Assembly (NCBI GenBank): GCA_030390025.1
Contig: CM059427.1
Location: 13,516,001 to 13,580,000, forward strand
Length of the DNA stretch: 64,000 bases
Reading direction: 5' to 3'
Source: Squalus acanthias
Taxonomy: Eukaryota
Below, piece by piece: positions 22,962-36,553 of this stretch. A model generated the notes under the pieces. It was given only the letters and a program-made list of their open reading frames with translations. It was not told where the DNA came from and searched no databases. How positions within the stretch are numbered: position 1 is the stretch's first letter; each line of letters starts with the position of its first letter. Both the position numbers and the translations under genes were made by a program.

Positions 22962-25940
22962 TCAGTACCCTGTCCCTGCTTTCTCCACATATCCCTTGAT
23001 CCCTTTAGCCTTAAGAAATATATCGAACTCCTTCTTGAATATATTTAATGAATTGGCCTCAACTGCCTTCTGTGGTAGAGAATTCCACAGGTTTACCACT
23101 CTCTGGGTGAAGAAATTCCTCCTCATCTCAGTCCTAAATGGCTTACCCCTTATCCTTAGACTGTGACCTCTGGTTCTGGACTCCCCCGCCATCGGGAACA
23201 TCCTTCCTGCATCTAGTCTGTCTTGTCCTGTTGGAATTTTATAAGTTTCAATGAGATCCCCTCTCATTTTTCTAAACTCTAGCGAATATAAGCCTAATCG
23301 ACCTAATCTCTCTTCATACGTCATTCCTGCCATCCCAGGTATCAGCCTGGTGAATCTTCGCTGCACTCCCTCCATGGCAAGAACATCCTTCCTCAGATAA
23401 GGCGACCAAAACTGCACACAATACTCAAGGTGTGGTCTCACCAAGGCCCTGTACAACGGCAGCAAGACATCCTTGCTCCTGTACTCGAATCCTCTCGCTA
23501 TGAAGGCCAGCATACCATTTGCCTTCTTAACCGTCTGCTGCACCTGCATGCTTACCTTCAACGACTGGTGCACAAGGACTCCCAGATCTCGTTGCACTTC
23601 CCCTTTTCCCAATCTATTGCAATTCAGATAATAATCTGTCTTACTGTTTTTGCCACCAAAGTGGATAACCTCGCATTTATCCACATTATACTGCATCTGC
23701 CATGCATCTGCCCAATCACGCAACCTGTCCAAATCATACTGGAGTTTCTCTGCATCCTCCTCACAGCACACACGCCCACCCAGCTTTGTGTCGTCTGCAA
23801 ACTTAGAGATATTACACCTAGTTTCCTCGTCTAGATCATTAATATATATTGTGAATAGCTGGGGTCCTAGCACCGATCCCTGCAGTACCCCACTAGTCAC
23901 TGCCTGCCACTCGGAAAAAGACCCGTTTATTCCAACTCTTTGCATCCTGTCTGCCAACCAGTTCTCTATCCAAATCAGTACCTTACCCCCAATCCCATGT
24001 GCTTTAACTTTGCATGCTAATCTCTTATGCGGGACCTTATCGAAAGCCTTCTGAAAGTCCAAATACACCACATCCACTGGTTCTCCCTTATCTATTCTAC
24101 CAGTTACATCCTCAAAAAATTCCAGTAGATTAGTCAGGCATGATTTACCTTTTGTAAATCTATGCTGACTTTGTCCGATCCTGTCACTGTTTTCCAAGTG
24201 CTCTGCTTTTACATCTTTTATAATGGACTCTAGCATTTTGCCCACTACCGATGTCAGGCTTACCGGTCTATAATTCCCTGTTTTTTCTCTACCACCTTTT
24301 TTAAATAGTGGGGTTACATTAGCTACTCTCCAATCCATGGGAACTGTTCCATAGTCTATAGAATTTTGAAAGATGACCAGCAATGCATCTACTATTTCTA
24401 GGGCCACTTCCTTAAGTACCCTAGGATGTAGATTATCAGGCCCTGGGGATTATCAGCCTTCAATCCCGTCAATTTCCCTAACACCATTTCCCTACAAATA
24501 CTGATTTCATTCAATTCCTCCCTCTCATTAGACCCTATGTTCCCCGACATCTCTGGGAGTTTATTTGTGTCCTCCTTTGTGAAGACAGAACCAAAGTATG
24601 TATTTAATTGGTCTGTCATTTCTTTGTTCCCCATTATAAATTCCTCTGATTCTGACTGCAAGGGACCTGCGCTTGACTTCACCAATCTTTTTCTTTTCAC
24701 ATATCTATAGAAGCTTTTATAGTCAGTTTTTATGTTCCCTGCAAGCTTACACTCATATTCTAATTCCCCCCTCTTAATTAATCCCTTTGTCCTCTTTTGC
24801 TGAATCCTAAACTGCTCCCAATCCTCAGGTTTGCTGCTTTTTCTGGCCAGTTTATATGTCCTCTCCTTGGATCTTATGCTATCCGTAATTTCCCTTGTTA
24901 GCCACGGTTGAGTCACCTTTTTTGTTTTAATTTCATGCCAAACAGGGATGAACAAATTCTGTAGTTCATCCATGCGATCTTTAAATGTTTGCCATTGCCT
25001 ATCCACCATCAACCCTTTAAGTAACGCTCCCCAATCCATCCTAGCCAATTCGCGCCTCATACCATCGTAGTTTCCTTTATTTAAATTCAGGACCCTAGTC
25101 TCTGAGTCAACTACTTCACTCTCCATCTTAATGAAGAATTCTATCATATTATGATCGCTCCTCCCCAAGGGGCCTCACACAACAAGATTGCTAATTAATC
25201 CTTTCTCATTACATAATACCCAGTCTAAGATGGCCTGATCTCTAGTTGGTTCCTCGACATATTGGTCCAGGAAACCATCCCATATACACTCTAGGAATTC
25301 CTCCTCCACAGTATTGTTACTAATTTGGTCAGCCCAATCCATATGTCGATTAAAGTCACCCATGATAACTGCTGTGCCCTTATTGCACACGTCTCTAATT
25401 TCCCGTTTAATGCCATCCCCAACCTCAACATTACTGTTTGGGGGTCTGTATACAACTCCCACTAACATTTCTGCCCCTTGGTATTTCTCAACTCTACCCA
25501 TACAGATTCCACATCATCAGAGCTAATATCCTTTCTTTCTATTGTGTTAATCTCCTCTTTAACCAGCAATGCTACCCCACCTCCTTTTCCTTTTTGCCTG
25601 TCCTTCCTGAATATTGAATGCCGCTGGATGTTGAATTCCCAGCCTTGGTCACCCTGGAGCCATGTCTCCGTAATCCCAATTATATCATATCTGTTTACAT
25701 CTACTTGCGCAGCTAATTCATCCACCTTATTCCGAATGCTCCTCGCATTAAGACACAAAGCCGTCAGGTTTGTTTTTTTAACACTCTTAGTCCTTTTAGA
25801 ATTATTATTTACTGTAGCCCTGTTTGATTTACACCCTTGATTTCTCTGCCTTCCACTTTTGGTTTTCTCCTTCCTGTCTTTTGCTTCTATCCTTGCTTCC
25901 CTTTCCTCTGTTTCCCTGCACAGGTTCCCAACCCCCTGCC
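22962..25940 (-). pseudogene. CR1 ORF2: APE endonuclease plus reverse transcriptase (frameshifted)
   Basis: LNARSIRNK, ITETWL, YRPP, GDFN, SDHN. A 481-aa open RT segment carries LDFQKAFD, QGSVLGP and FADD. Confidence 0.95.
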
Positions 25941-25943
25941 ATT

Positions 25944-26893
25944 TTAGTTTAAACCCTCCCCAACAGCACTAGCAAACACTCCCCCTAGGACATCGGTCCC
26001 GGTCCTGCCCAGGTGCAAACCATCCAGGTTGTACTGGTCCCACCTCCCCCAGAACCGGTTCCAATGTCCCAGGAATTTGAATCCCTCGCCCTTGCACCAT
26101 TCCTCTAGCCACGTATTCATCTGAAATATCCTTCTATTTCTACTCTGACTAGCACGTGGCACCGGTAGCAATCCTGAGATTACTACCTTTGAGGTCCTAT
26201 TTTTTAATTTACCTCCTAACTCCCTATATTCAGCTTTTAGGACCTCATCCCGTTTTTTACCTGTATCGTTGGTACCTATATGCACCACGACAACTGGCTG
26301 TTCACCCTCCCCCTCCAGAATGCCCTGCAGTCGCTCCGAGACATGCTTGACCCTTGCACCAGGGAGGCAACATACCAACCTGGAGTCTCGTTTGCGGCCG
26401 CAGAAACGCCTATCTATTCCCCTTACAATAGAATCCCCTATCCCTATAGCTCTCCCGCTCTTTTTCCTCCTGTCCTGTGCAGCAGAACCACCCATGGTGC
26501 CAGGAAGTTGGTTGCTGCTGCCTTCCCCCGATAAGCCATCTCCCTCAACAATATCCAAAGTGGTATATCTGTTTGAGAGGGGGATGTCCACAGCGGACGC
26601 CTGCACTACCTGCCTGCGCCTACTACTCTGCCTGGTGGTCACCCATTCCCTTCCTGCCTGTGCAGCTTTACCTGCGGTGTGACCAACTCCCTAAACGTGC
26701 TATCCACGATGTCCTCAGCATTGTGAACGCTCCAGTATGTATCCATTCGCAGCTCCAGCGCCATAATGCGGTCTGCCAGTAGCTGCAGCTGGATACACTT
26801 CCCGCACACATGGTCAACAGGGACACAGGAAGTGTCCCTGATTTCCCATATAGTGCAGGAGGAGCATGCCGCGGGGCTGAGCTGTGCTGCCAT
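25944..26893 (-). pseudogene. CR1 ORF1: zinc finger/leucine zipper plus SGNH esterase (one frameshift)
   Basis: CSSC...CGKC with heptad leucines, then GDSIVRG, HIGTND and DGLHL blocks. Confidence 0.9.
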
Positions 26894-28359
26894 GACTTAC
26901 CCTTTAATTAATTTAAATTAACTCAAATTAATACCACAAATTACACTACAATTAAATGATATACTCAAGGGCCCTTGTATACTAGCTCTCCCTGCTACAC
27001 AACAGAGACCTTAGAAACTATAACCACAAAATTTAGGACCTTCTAAACTTTATAAACTATTAACCTTAACTGTCAAACTATAGAGTAGTATAAATACTCA
27101 CCTGGCCCTACTCACCCAATCAGCATGTTGTCACGTCACCAGCTATCAATATCTGCAAGCTCACATGCACCATAGATGGTGGATGTCAGAAAGATGCAGT
27201 TACCATCGGGCCTGAGAAAGTCTTCAAGGTGACACAGCGCCTTTGAGGCGCTGGCTGCGACAAATTGTTAGGTAACTTGCACCATACGCTGTGTAAAGCC
27301 GCCATGGCACTCCTGGATAAAAACATTGAAAAATAATACTCAACAAATTTCTTATTCACCTGAGCCAGCAGATCAGATTTTCTGCTGTTTTTTAAAATCA
27401 GGATTGCGTTTATTGCTGGAGAGCAGGTGATGTAATAATGATTTTGCAGTGAAGTTATACATTTCAATGCAAATTCCATCATCACATTGAGCATCCAGCA
27501 AACAAACAAAAAAGATCTGCCAATAACTTCTTAATGAACACTGTGACCTTATATATAATTCTGATGGTTGTGACTTAATAATTTGACTATATGGCCAGCC
27601 CTGCTCATTTTAACGTGCTGGAGAGCACAGAAGCGTAAAGTCCTGGTCCATATGTTTTACAGTTCGTTGTAAATGGAGTGCTCATCTGTTCTTCTCTTCT
27701 TAGCTCAGCAGATTGGTCATTTCTCTTTTTAAACAGTGTGCTAAAATAATTGAGACCTGTTTGACTCTGCTACTGTACACTGGAAACTATTTTTAATGTA
27801 ACAAGAAACCTCCCGGCATATGTTTGTATAAAGAGTAAATGAGTGTGAGTACCATTTTATGAAAATTGGTTGCTCTTTGGTCAGGAGTTTGAAGATGTTG
27901 GCTCGTCTAAGTCATAGCATTTTGCCTTTATCCGATTGCCATCTTTGTTGAAGCAAAATCACAATGTTATTAATGGTAGTGGTTTACAGTTCAAGATGCT
28001 GTGTCTATTGGATTAAGCATGTGTGATATAGTATAATGCAATATAAGAATGCATAACATTGTAACAAATAACAAGTTCTGAAAAAATTATGCAGCTTTGT
28101 ATTCCAGTCTGAAGTAAATCATTCTTTTTTAATACCTGGTTAGGGATGTCATGTTAACTGTGGCAAAAAAATATTGCTGTTTTGTATTAATCACAACATG
28201 AATGTGATAGTTAAGCAAAGGTGCCATGCTTTTGTGACATAAAGTATTTCATAATCCATCAGTGTGTTTTAGCTTTATTTAACATTCAGGCATTTTATCA
28301 AATGTTACTGAGAAACACAAGAAAGTGATGAGGCAACAAGAATTTCGCTGAATTTCCCC

Positions 28360-28746
28360 TGAAAGCATTAACTTCTGCTGCCACGTGGTTCTACATATAT
28401 GATCATCCCTCAATACCTTGCAGAAGTGGCCATTCTTCATGTGTGAGTCTAGATGGCGGATTCTGCTAACCTTCCATCCGAGGGAGACCTCATATCTGAG
28501 CCAGATCATATATTCACCCACTGTCCACAAATGTGCGTTGCCAGTGGGTGTCACTGGATAACAATCATGAATAGGGACCGTGGCCAATTTTACACTCCCT
28601 AACCCACTGGTGCTAAGGCCAATTTCTCTGAGGTCCTACCAGTGACTCAGCTGACATCAGGTTAACTCAGTACAGACGAGATTGAACCTAGGATCTCCTA
28701 GTCTCTGTGGCTCAATTACATGTTGCCTTTATCAACTGAGCTATCA
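28360..28746 (-). mobile_element. tRNA-derived SINE
   Basis: The minus strand begins GATAGCTCAGTTG (A box) ... GGTTCAATC (B box), followed by a ~300-bp body. It does not form an intact cloverleaf. Confidence 0.7.
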
Positions 28747-28980
28747 AAAAAATTCTAAAACTTTGTTCAAATTATTTAATTATTTTAAAGCATATATAAT
28801 TATTGCAGCAACATTTGACCAAATGTAAATAGCTTAAAATTTCTTTGCATTATTTTTACAATCCTCCACAGGCTGCGCTATAGCAGTACCTCGCCGATAG
28901 ATTCGGCATGAAATCAATGTAAGGGTGTGAAGTTGCAAAACTTACCCATTAGTTGCCCACTAAACATGCCAGAAAAAGTT

Positions 28981-29602
28981 AGAAGTCGCACAACACCAGG
29001 TTATAGTCCAACAGCTTTATTTGAAATCACAAGCTTTCGGAGCGCTGCTCCTTTGTCAGGTGAAGTGAAGAGATGCATATAGACACAGCATATATAGTTG
29101 CGCATATCGACACAGACATCAAGTTTCTACAGAGATGCAAGAAAGCAGAAGATTAACTGTAATCATCTGGCAGTGTTCTCTGACTATATATGCTGTGTCT
29201 ATATGCATCTCTTCACTTCACCTGACAAAGGAGCAGCGCTCCGAAAGCTTGTGATTTCAAATAAAGCTGTTGGACTATAACCTGGTGTTGTGCGACTTCT
29301 CACATTTGTCCACCCCAGTCCAACACCGGCATCTCCACATCATGGCTACTATCGACACCACAAACTGCCGGCTCAAAGTGGAGAGGATCTCCAAGAAGAT
29401 CGCGCATATCGACACAGACATCAAGTTTCTACAGAGATGCAGGAAAGCAGAAGATTAACTGTAATCATCTGGCAGTGTTCTCTGACTATATATGCTGTGT
29501 CTATATGCATCTCTTCACTTCACCTGATGAAGGAGCAGCGCTCCGAAAGCTTGTGATTTCAAATAAAGCTGTTGGACTATAACCTGGTGTTGTGCGACTT
29601 CT
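28981..29602 (+). mobile_element. Penelope-like element: inverted plus tandem pseudo-LTRs with hammerhead motifs
   Basis: TSD CAGAAAAAGTT(AG) at 28970 and 29603. Inverted arm 28981-29097, direct repeats 29100-29301 and 29401-29602. ORF start MATIDTTNCRLKVERISKK. Confidence 0.9.
29519..29557 (+). ncRNA. Minimal type I hammerhead ribozyme
   Basis: TCAC-CTGATGA-A-GGAGC-AGC-GCTCC-GAAA-GC-TT-GTGA: conserved core, 5-bp stem II and palindromic stem III. Confidence 0.8.
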
Positions 29603-30524
29603 CAGAAAAAGTTAGGGCTAGTGCATACAGGTTTAAGTGAATTTTTAATGACGTGATCAGTCATAATTACTGCCAAGCAACCTCTCTGGCCCTGAAAATT
29701 TAAATTTACAAGTATGGAGTCTCATTCCTTCAGAATTTAATTAGTGTTGGTGATTTAGGAGAAACTAACATAATTTCTTTTTTACTTTTTTGTCTTATCT
29801 CTTTTATCTTCTCTCTTAATGCCATCTTTTTTTCCCAATCTTTATTTTGCTTTCTGTACATGATTTAAATCTAATTTATACGTCCTGGTTGAGAATCTGA
29901 TAACTGAATTTTAATCTGGAAGACCGCATGGGTTTGGGTGTGGTGTTAAAACCGGTGTAATTGACAGCACGTCGGGAAACCGGCTCCAACCCGCCGATTT
30001 CCTCATTTGACTCCAGCACATTAGACTGTGTGCGCACAATCCCATCGGGAGAGGTGGGGTGTCAATTTCCATATGCTAATCGCTCATTTAGAATGATATT
30101 GACACACTGTTAACTCCAGGTGGATTCGCTGCTCGGGCCCGATTTAAAATTACTGTCAGGTCTCAATGAGGAGAGCAGGTTAAAATTGCAGATGTTGCAA
30201 ACATGGGGGCTTACGGACAGCTAAGAGCCAGGGTGATTTTAACTGCCCATCTGCCAGGTTTCTGCTGAGCGAGTAGGTTTAAAACTGCCCCAATAACGTC
30301 AGGTTCACAGGCTTCCTGAAAGTTGCCAGTGAAACCAAAGTGAGTGCACAGTGGCAATTGAGGGGCTGAAGCAATCTCAGGCAAAGATCCAATCTCAGTA
30401 CTCACAGCTGATTACTTACCTGCTAAAGGGAAATGGTGTGTTCACAGTACTTTTGCTGAGAGATTACTTTGTACAATTCAGAGGTTACTTTCTACACTTT
30501 GGAGGTTTGTTCTATCACATCAGG

Positions 30525-31771
30525 ATGGGTGCCGCTTATGCTGTGTTAGATTCGACCTCAAACGAGGACCAAGATGACCAGCAACAGCACCCGCAGCAGC
30601 CTTCTGCTCACAGACCTGTAGCTGTGCAGCAGAGAGGGGATCAGAAGAGAGAGGAGCAGCAGAGAGGTGACCAGCAAAGAAAGGACCAGCAAAGAGGGGA
30701 CCGGCAGAGAGATGCAGCTCGCAGGAGGCACTACCCACAAAACAGGGGCTATAGGCAGAGGCTGAGTTTCCTTGACATGCCTGAACCCCAGTGCCTCAGG
30801 AGCTCAGGATGTCACATCAGGTGGTCGCAGAAATCTGCAGCCTCCTCGAAGAAGACCTGCTGCCTGCTGGACCTGGTTGCCATGCGTTACCAGTGGCTGT
30901 CAAAATCACCACCGCCCTCAAATATTTTGCCTCCCGGTCTTTCCAGGGATCTGCTGCAGACATGTGCAGGAACTCCCAGTCGGCCGCCCACAAATGCATA
31001 AGACAGGTGACTGATGGCTTGTTTGCCAGAGCCAGCAATTATGTCAACTTTGCCACCAATGATGGCAGTCAGAATGAGCGGGTGCTCAGCTGTGCAGTTC
31101 TGGCTGGCTTCCCACAGATGCAAGGCGTCATCGACTGCACACACGTGGCAATCCGGGCACCCCCAGAATGACCAGGAGCATTCATCAACCACAAGGGCTT
31201 TCACTCCATCAATGTGCAGCTGGTGTGCAACCACAAAACGATGTTTGTGCAGGTGTGCACAAGATTCCTGGGCAGCTGCCATGATGCTTTCGTCCTGCGA
31301 CAGTCCAAACTCCCTGATCTCTTCGAACCTGGAAGCAGACTCAAGAGGTGGCTGCTAGACGACACAGGATACTCGCTGCAAACTTGGCTCATGACATCCA
31401 TCAGAAACCCGACCACTGAAGCCCAACAGCACTACAGTGAATGCCATATCAACACCAGATGTGTGATTGAACAGGCCATCGGCATGCTGAAGATGTGCTT
31501 CAGGTGCCTGGACAGATCTGGAGGTACCCTTCAGTACGCACCAGCCAGGGTCTCTGGAATGGTTGTGGTTTGCTGTGCTCTACAAAATATTGTGCAACAG
31601 CGAGGCTTGGACCTACAGGAGGAACAAGACGAAGAGCTCGGATCCTCCTTGGATGATTCGGAGGAGGTGGAGGAAGAAAAGGAAGTGAATGGTGAGGGCA
31701 ATGCACCCCCAGCTGCTCACATTGCAGCCCGGGATGTCAGTGATGCCCTTATTAGTGCAAGGTTCACTTAG
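30525..31771 (+). pseudogene. Harbinger (HARBI1-like) DDE transposase
   Basis: ALPVAVKITTALKYFASRSFQ, GVIDCTHV, KGFHSINVQLVC, GSCHDAFVL, LLDDTGY, VIEQAIGMLKMCFRCLD. One frameshift near 30800 and a TGA at 31169. Confidence 0.92.
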
Positions 31772-32528
31772 GTTGCACCAATGCATCCATGTCACAAGGA
31801 AATGCAACGGCCACTCCATTTATGTGAGTTAAATAAAGAACAAAATCTTATCAAAATAATGTTTTCTCAGGCAGCCAAGTGCATACCCTTGTGCAACTAC
31901 AAAGCCTAACTCTTCCTTTGTCTGCTACTCCTATGTGATGCTACCTGTGTGGCTTCAGCAGAGGCAGAAGCAGGCTACTCAGATCCCTGCTGAGATGCTC
32001 TTGGCTGACATCCTCTAGGTTTTGGAGCCCGTGAGGGCCCCACCAAAGACTGCTCCTCCTGCACCTGTGTAGAGGCAGAAATGGCCATCGGAGATGAGGC
32101 AGCATGTGGGGTACTGACTGAGAGGTGAGCTGTGGGTGAGAAGTGGAAGTGCTTTGAGTGGAGTCCCCACTTTTATTTCCCCTTTCACCATCATCCCTCT
32201 CATGGCCCAGCCAAACTTCATGGCTACCACTGTGCTGAAGAACACTTTGGTGTCTGTGGACCTAGTTAAGGTGTCTGACATGTTGGCATCCAGAGTCTGC
32301 ATGGTAGTGTTGAAGGCGTGCATGGACTCATTTGATTGGAGTGCATGATGGTCCATGGCACTGGCCACTCTCTCCATGCTGGTGGACTCCTCCAATCTCT
32401 CTTATTAGGAACATGGTAACAGGGCACTTAGAAAATCATAATGTGATTGGGCAGAGTCAACACGGATTTTAGAAAGGGAAATCATGTTAGACAAATCTGA
32501 AAGAGTTTTTTGAGGTTGTAACTAGCAG

Positions 32529-33781
32529 GTTTTTTTTAATTCGTTCCTGGGATGTGGGCGTCGATGGCAAGGCCAGCATTTATTGCCCATCGCAAATTGC
32601 CCTTGAGAAGGTGATGGTGAGCTGCCTTCTTGAACCGCTGCAGTCCATGTGGTGAAGGTACTCCCACAGTGCTGTTTGGGAGGGAATTCCAGGATTTTGA
32701 CCCAGTGACGATGAAAGAACGGCGATATATTTCCAAGTCAGGATGGTGCGTGACTTGGAGGGGAACTTGGAGGTGATGGTGCTCCCATCCACCTGCTGCC
32801 CTTGTCCTTCTAGGTGGAAGAGGTCGCGGGTTTAGGAAGTGCTGTCGAGGAAGCCTTGGCGAGTTGCTGCAGTGCATCTTGTAGATGGTACACACTGCAG
32901 CCACAGTGCACCGGTGGTGGAGAGAGTGAATGTTTAAGGTGGTGGATGGCCTGCCTATCAAGCTGCTTTGTCCTGGATGGTGTCGAGCTTCTTGAGTGTT
33001 GTTGGAGCTGCACTCATCCAGGCAAGTGGAGAGTTTTCCATCACACTCCTGAGTTGTGCCTTGTAGATGGTGGAAAGGCATTGGGGAGTCAGGAGGTGAG
33101 ACACTCACTGCAGAATACCCAGCCTCTGACCTGCTTTTGTAGCCACATTGTTTATGTGGATGGTCCAGTTAAGTTTCTGGTAAATGGTGCCCCCCCCAGG
33201 GTATTGATGGTGGGGGATTCGGCGATGGTAATGCCGTTGAATGTCAAGGGGTGGTGGTTAGAATCTCGCTTGTTGGAGATAGTCATTGCCTGGCACTTGT
33301 GTGGCGCGAATGTTACTTGTCACTTATCGGTCCAGGTCTTGCTGCATGCGGGCATGGACTGCTTCATTATCTGAGGAGTTGCGAATGGAACTGAATACTG
33401 TGCAATCATCAGTGAACATTCCCATTTCTGACTTTATGATGGAGGGAAGGTCATTGATGAAGCAGCTGAAGATGGTTGGGCCTAGGACACTGCCATGAGG
33501 AACTCCTGCAGCGATGTCCTTAGGCTGAGATGATTGACCTCCAACAACCACAACCATCTTCCTTTGTGCTAGGTATGACTCCAGCCAGTGGAGATTTTTC
33601 CCCCTGATTCCCATTGACTTCAATTTTACTAGGGCTCCTTGATGCCACACTCGGTCAAATGCTGCCAAGATGTCACAAGCAGTCACTCTCACCTCACCTC
33701 TGTAATTCAGTTCTTTTGTCCATGTTTAGACCAAGGCTGTAATGAAGTCTGGAGCCACGTGGAACCCAAACTGAGCATTGG
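32529..33781 (-). mobile_element. Second CR1-clade LINE family, 5'-truncated, poly(A)-ended
   Basis: DILAAFDRVWHQG, GVPHGSVLGP and FTDD motifs. T-run at 32529. It splits the CR1 at ACTAGCAGG|GTAGATAAG. Confidence 0.9.
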
Positions 33782-34159
33782 GTAGATAAGGGGGAACCAG
33801 TGGATGTAGTGTATTTGGATTTTCAAAAAGCATTCAATAAGGTGCCACACCAGAGGTTATTACACAAAATTAGGGCTCATGGGATTGGGGTTAATATATT
33901 AGCATGGATTGAGGATTGGTTAACGGACAGAAAGCAGAGAGTAAGAATAAACGGGTCATATTCGGATTGACAGGCTGTAACTCGAGGGATACTGCAGGGA
34001 TCAGTGCTTGGGCTTGAGCTATTTACAATCTATATTCATGACTTAGATGAGGGGACCAAGTGTAATGTATCCAAGTTTGCTGATGATATAAAGTTAGGTG
34101 AGAAAGTAAGCTGTGTGGAGGACGCAAAGAGGCTGCAAAGGGTTATAGACAGGTTAAGT

Positions 34160-36553
34160 GGCCGGAATCTTTACCTGAGAGTCAGGGCGGGTGTGTGCGG
34201 GCCGTGTAGCAGGTCGCCATCCCGAAGTTTTTAACAGCGCGTTCTGCACTGCGCGTTTATCTCAATTACATCAATTGAAACAGTCATTCGGGTTTCCCGA
34301 CCCAATGAAATGGAGCGGGTCTGCTGATGTCACTGATGACTCGTTTTCAGCTCAGATATTGAAAGCAGCCTTGCACACATCCCAGTTGAAGGTTGTTGGA
34401 GGAGAGCTAAAGGTGGTCGGGAGAGGTGGCAATTGCTCGATATCGCAGAGATTTGTGTGGGTCCAAGTCGACATGGAGTCACAGCGACAGAAGGCTGTGC
34501 CCAGATTCTCTGATGCCTCCCTGGAAGTCTTGCTCCAGTTAGTCAGCGCACGCAGGGAGGTCCTGTTCCCTGGGGATGGGCGCAAAAAATCATCCAGAGA
34601 CACTAAGAGGGCATGGCTGGAGATCGCGGAGGAGGTCAGCAGTAGGGATGTAGTAAGGCGGTCCTGGATCCAGTGCTGCAAAAGATTTAATGACCTCATG
34701 AGGTCAGGAAAGGTGAGTGCAGTGCCACATTCAACTACATCCTGATGTGCGGGTCACCCCAACCCCATCACTCTGCCTTCCCAAGTCTACTCCTGTACGT
34801 CAATCCTCACACTGACCTACCTTGCAAGGTGCACCCATCGCTCACTCTCTATGCACCTACACACATCCCCATCTGACTAACCACCACTGACACTCACCCT
34901 CATCCTAATGCAATCATAGGAAGTAACGCCACAGAAGTAGGCCATTTGGCAATGTCACACCACTCCCTCATAGTCACCCTCTACACATGTAGCCCATCCA
35001 TTCCTTACACTCATTCCATCACTCTCACTCAAAGTTCTCTTCTTTCCCTCCTTGCAGGAGAAGAGAGCCCAGAACAACAGGGAGAGGCAGCGAACCGGAG
35101 GTGGCCCTCCAATGTACACCAACTTGACTCCAGCAGAGGAGGAGACGCAGCAAATCACTGGAATTGCAGAGCTGCTGGCAGTGGGAGAGGGAGAGAGGGG
35201 GACCTCCCAGCAACCTGCTGACAGAATTAAATATCATACATCACATGGCATACAATGGTCACTCATGGTGACTGATGTCAGCAGCCAGTGAAATGTCATC
35301 ATGTGCAGAATGGTAACGTTGCGCATTCTTATCATTACATTTCTAATTCATCTCTTTACTCTTCCACAGGTCCATCAAGTGCCCCCCCTCCCCCCCACTG
35401 TCCAGCCGGAGGAGGAAGATGACTCCTCAGAGGAAGCTCCATTCTCTGAGGGTGCACCATCACCAGACCCAAGCGCAGCCAGCACCAGCGCAGATACACA
35501 CACCTCGGTGCGTCCAGCGAGACATAGAGTAGTGTTGTCACCTAGTGTCTCACAGATCACAAGTGTGCAAGAGCAGATGGTGGAAACAGGGACAGCAGTG
35601 GAGAGTCCTCGCCGGAGGGCGCAGGATGCTCCCAGCTCTGCTCAGCTGCATGCAGATGCTGAACCTCGGGGGCCGTCGAGAAAGAGGGTGATCTTGGAGG
35701 AGCAGCAACAAGTGTGCGAGGCTCTGGCAGCTTTTGCAGCCACGACGTGTGGAACTGTAGAAAGAATGGAGGAGTCCATCTCCAACATGAGCACCACCAT
35801 CTCGCAGGCAATGGCGACGATGTGCTGTTCCATGGAAAGGGTGGCCACCCGCATGGAGCAGCAAATGCGCCAGTCGAAGTTGCTGAGCCGCCTTCTTGAA
35901 CCGCTGCAGTCCTTGCGGTGATGGTACTCCCACAGTTCTGTTAGGGGCTCATCTTGGTTTAATTCTGAGGTCCAAGGTGAGACAGCATAAGTGGCACCCA
36001 TGCTGATCTGATAGATGCCAGGTAAAGTGGAGATCAGAGGCACAATCCTCCAATGTTCTGAGAGTGACTAGCAATGTGGTGAGAGTGACTTCCAAGGTTG
36101 CAGAAATTACCTGCAAACTCCTGAAAGCAAAACCTCTGCACAAAATGGTGCCAGCCAGAGCCTTTCCCTTCGGCAAGGAAGCAGGTGTAAGGTGTGAGTA
36201 TTTATGTGCTTTTTCCAGCTGTCACTTAATGAACTCGCACAATGGCCACTTGAGCTTCCGCCTCAACCTTCACAGGCGAGGTTCCCGAGGTTCGTGAATC
36301 CCGTGCGCAACCAGTTAAAGTTCAAACCTGAGGTTAAAAAGGCAGTTAAGGGTCTGTAAATGAGCAGTTAACAACCTCAAAGAGGTCGCCCGCCTGTCCC
36401 GAGCGGGTCCGTGGCGCACCTCGAACCGCGCCCCAGTGAAAGCCGGAAGTCGGCGGAGTGATGGCAGGTTCCCAAAGCGCTGTCATTTTCGACGTTTTTT
36501 AACTGTTGACCCTCCCCCAAACCCGCACGCTCAGCAATGGGAAAATTCCGGCC
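34160..36553 (+). mobile_element. Harbinger element carrying a Myb/SANT gene, inserted in CR1
   Basis: TIRs GGCCGGAATCTTT / AAAATTCCGGCC. AGT TSD (34157-34159, 36554-36556). Confidence 0.92.
34473..35885 (+). pseudogene. Harbinger Myb/SANT-like DNA-binding protein (spliced, 3 exons)
   Basis: Exon 1 34473-34712 reads PRFSDASLEVLL...AWLEIAEEV...RSWIQCCKRFNDL then GTGAGT. Exon 2 from 35058 reads EKRAQNNRERQRTGGGPP and its donor is mutated to CT. Exon 3 from 35370 is truncated by a LINE fragment. Confidence 0.85.

Larger units (their letters stand above)
22870..27145 (-). mobile_element. Near full-length CR1 LINE
   Basis: 5' UTR, ORF1, ORF2 and a 3' UTR with a tandem tail are all present and colinear. 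Confidence 0.97.

Noticed and set aside
28670-28746. tRNA gene
   Set aside because: A and B boxes only; degenerate arms and an attached SINE body.
30525-31771. Domesticated HARBI1 or NAIF1 host genes
   Set aside because: Disrupted frames, embedded in multi-copy elements with TIRs.
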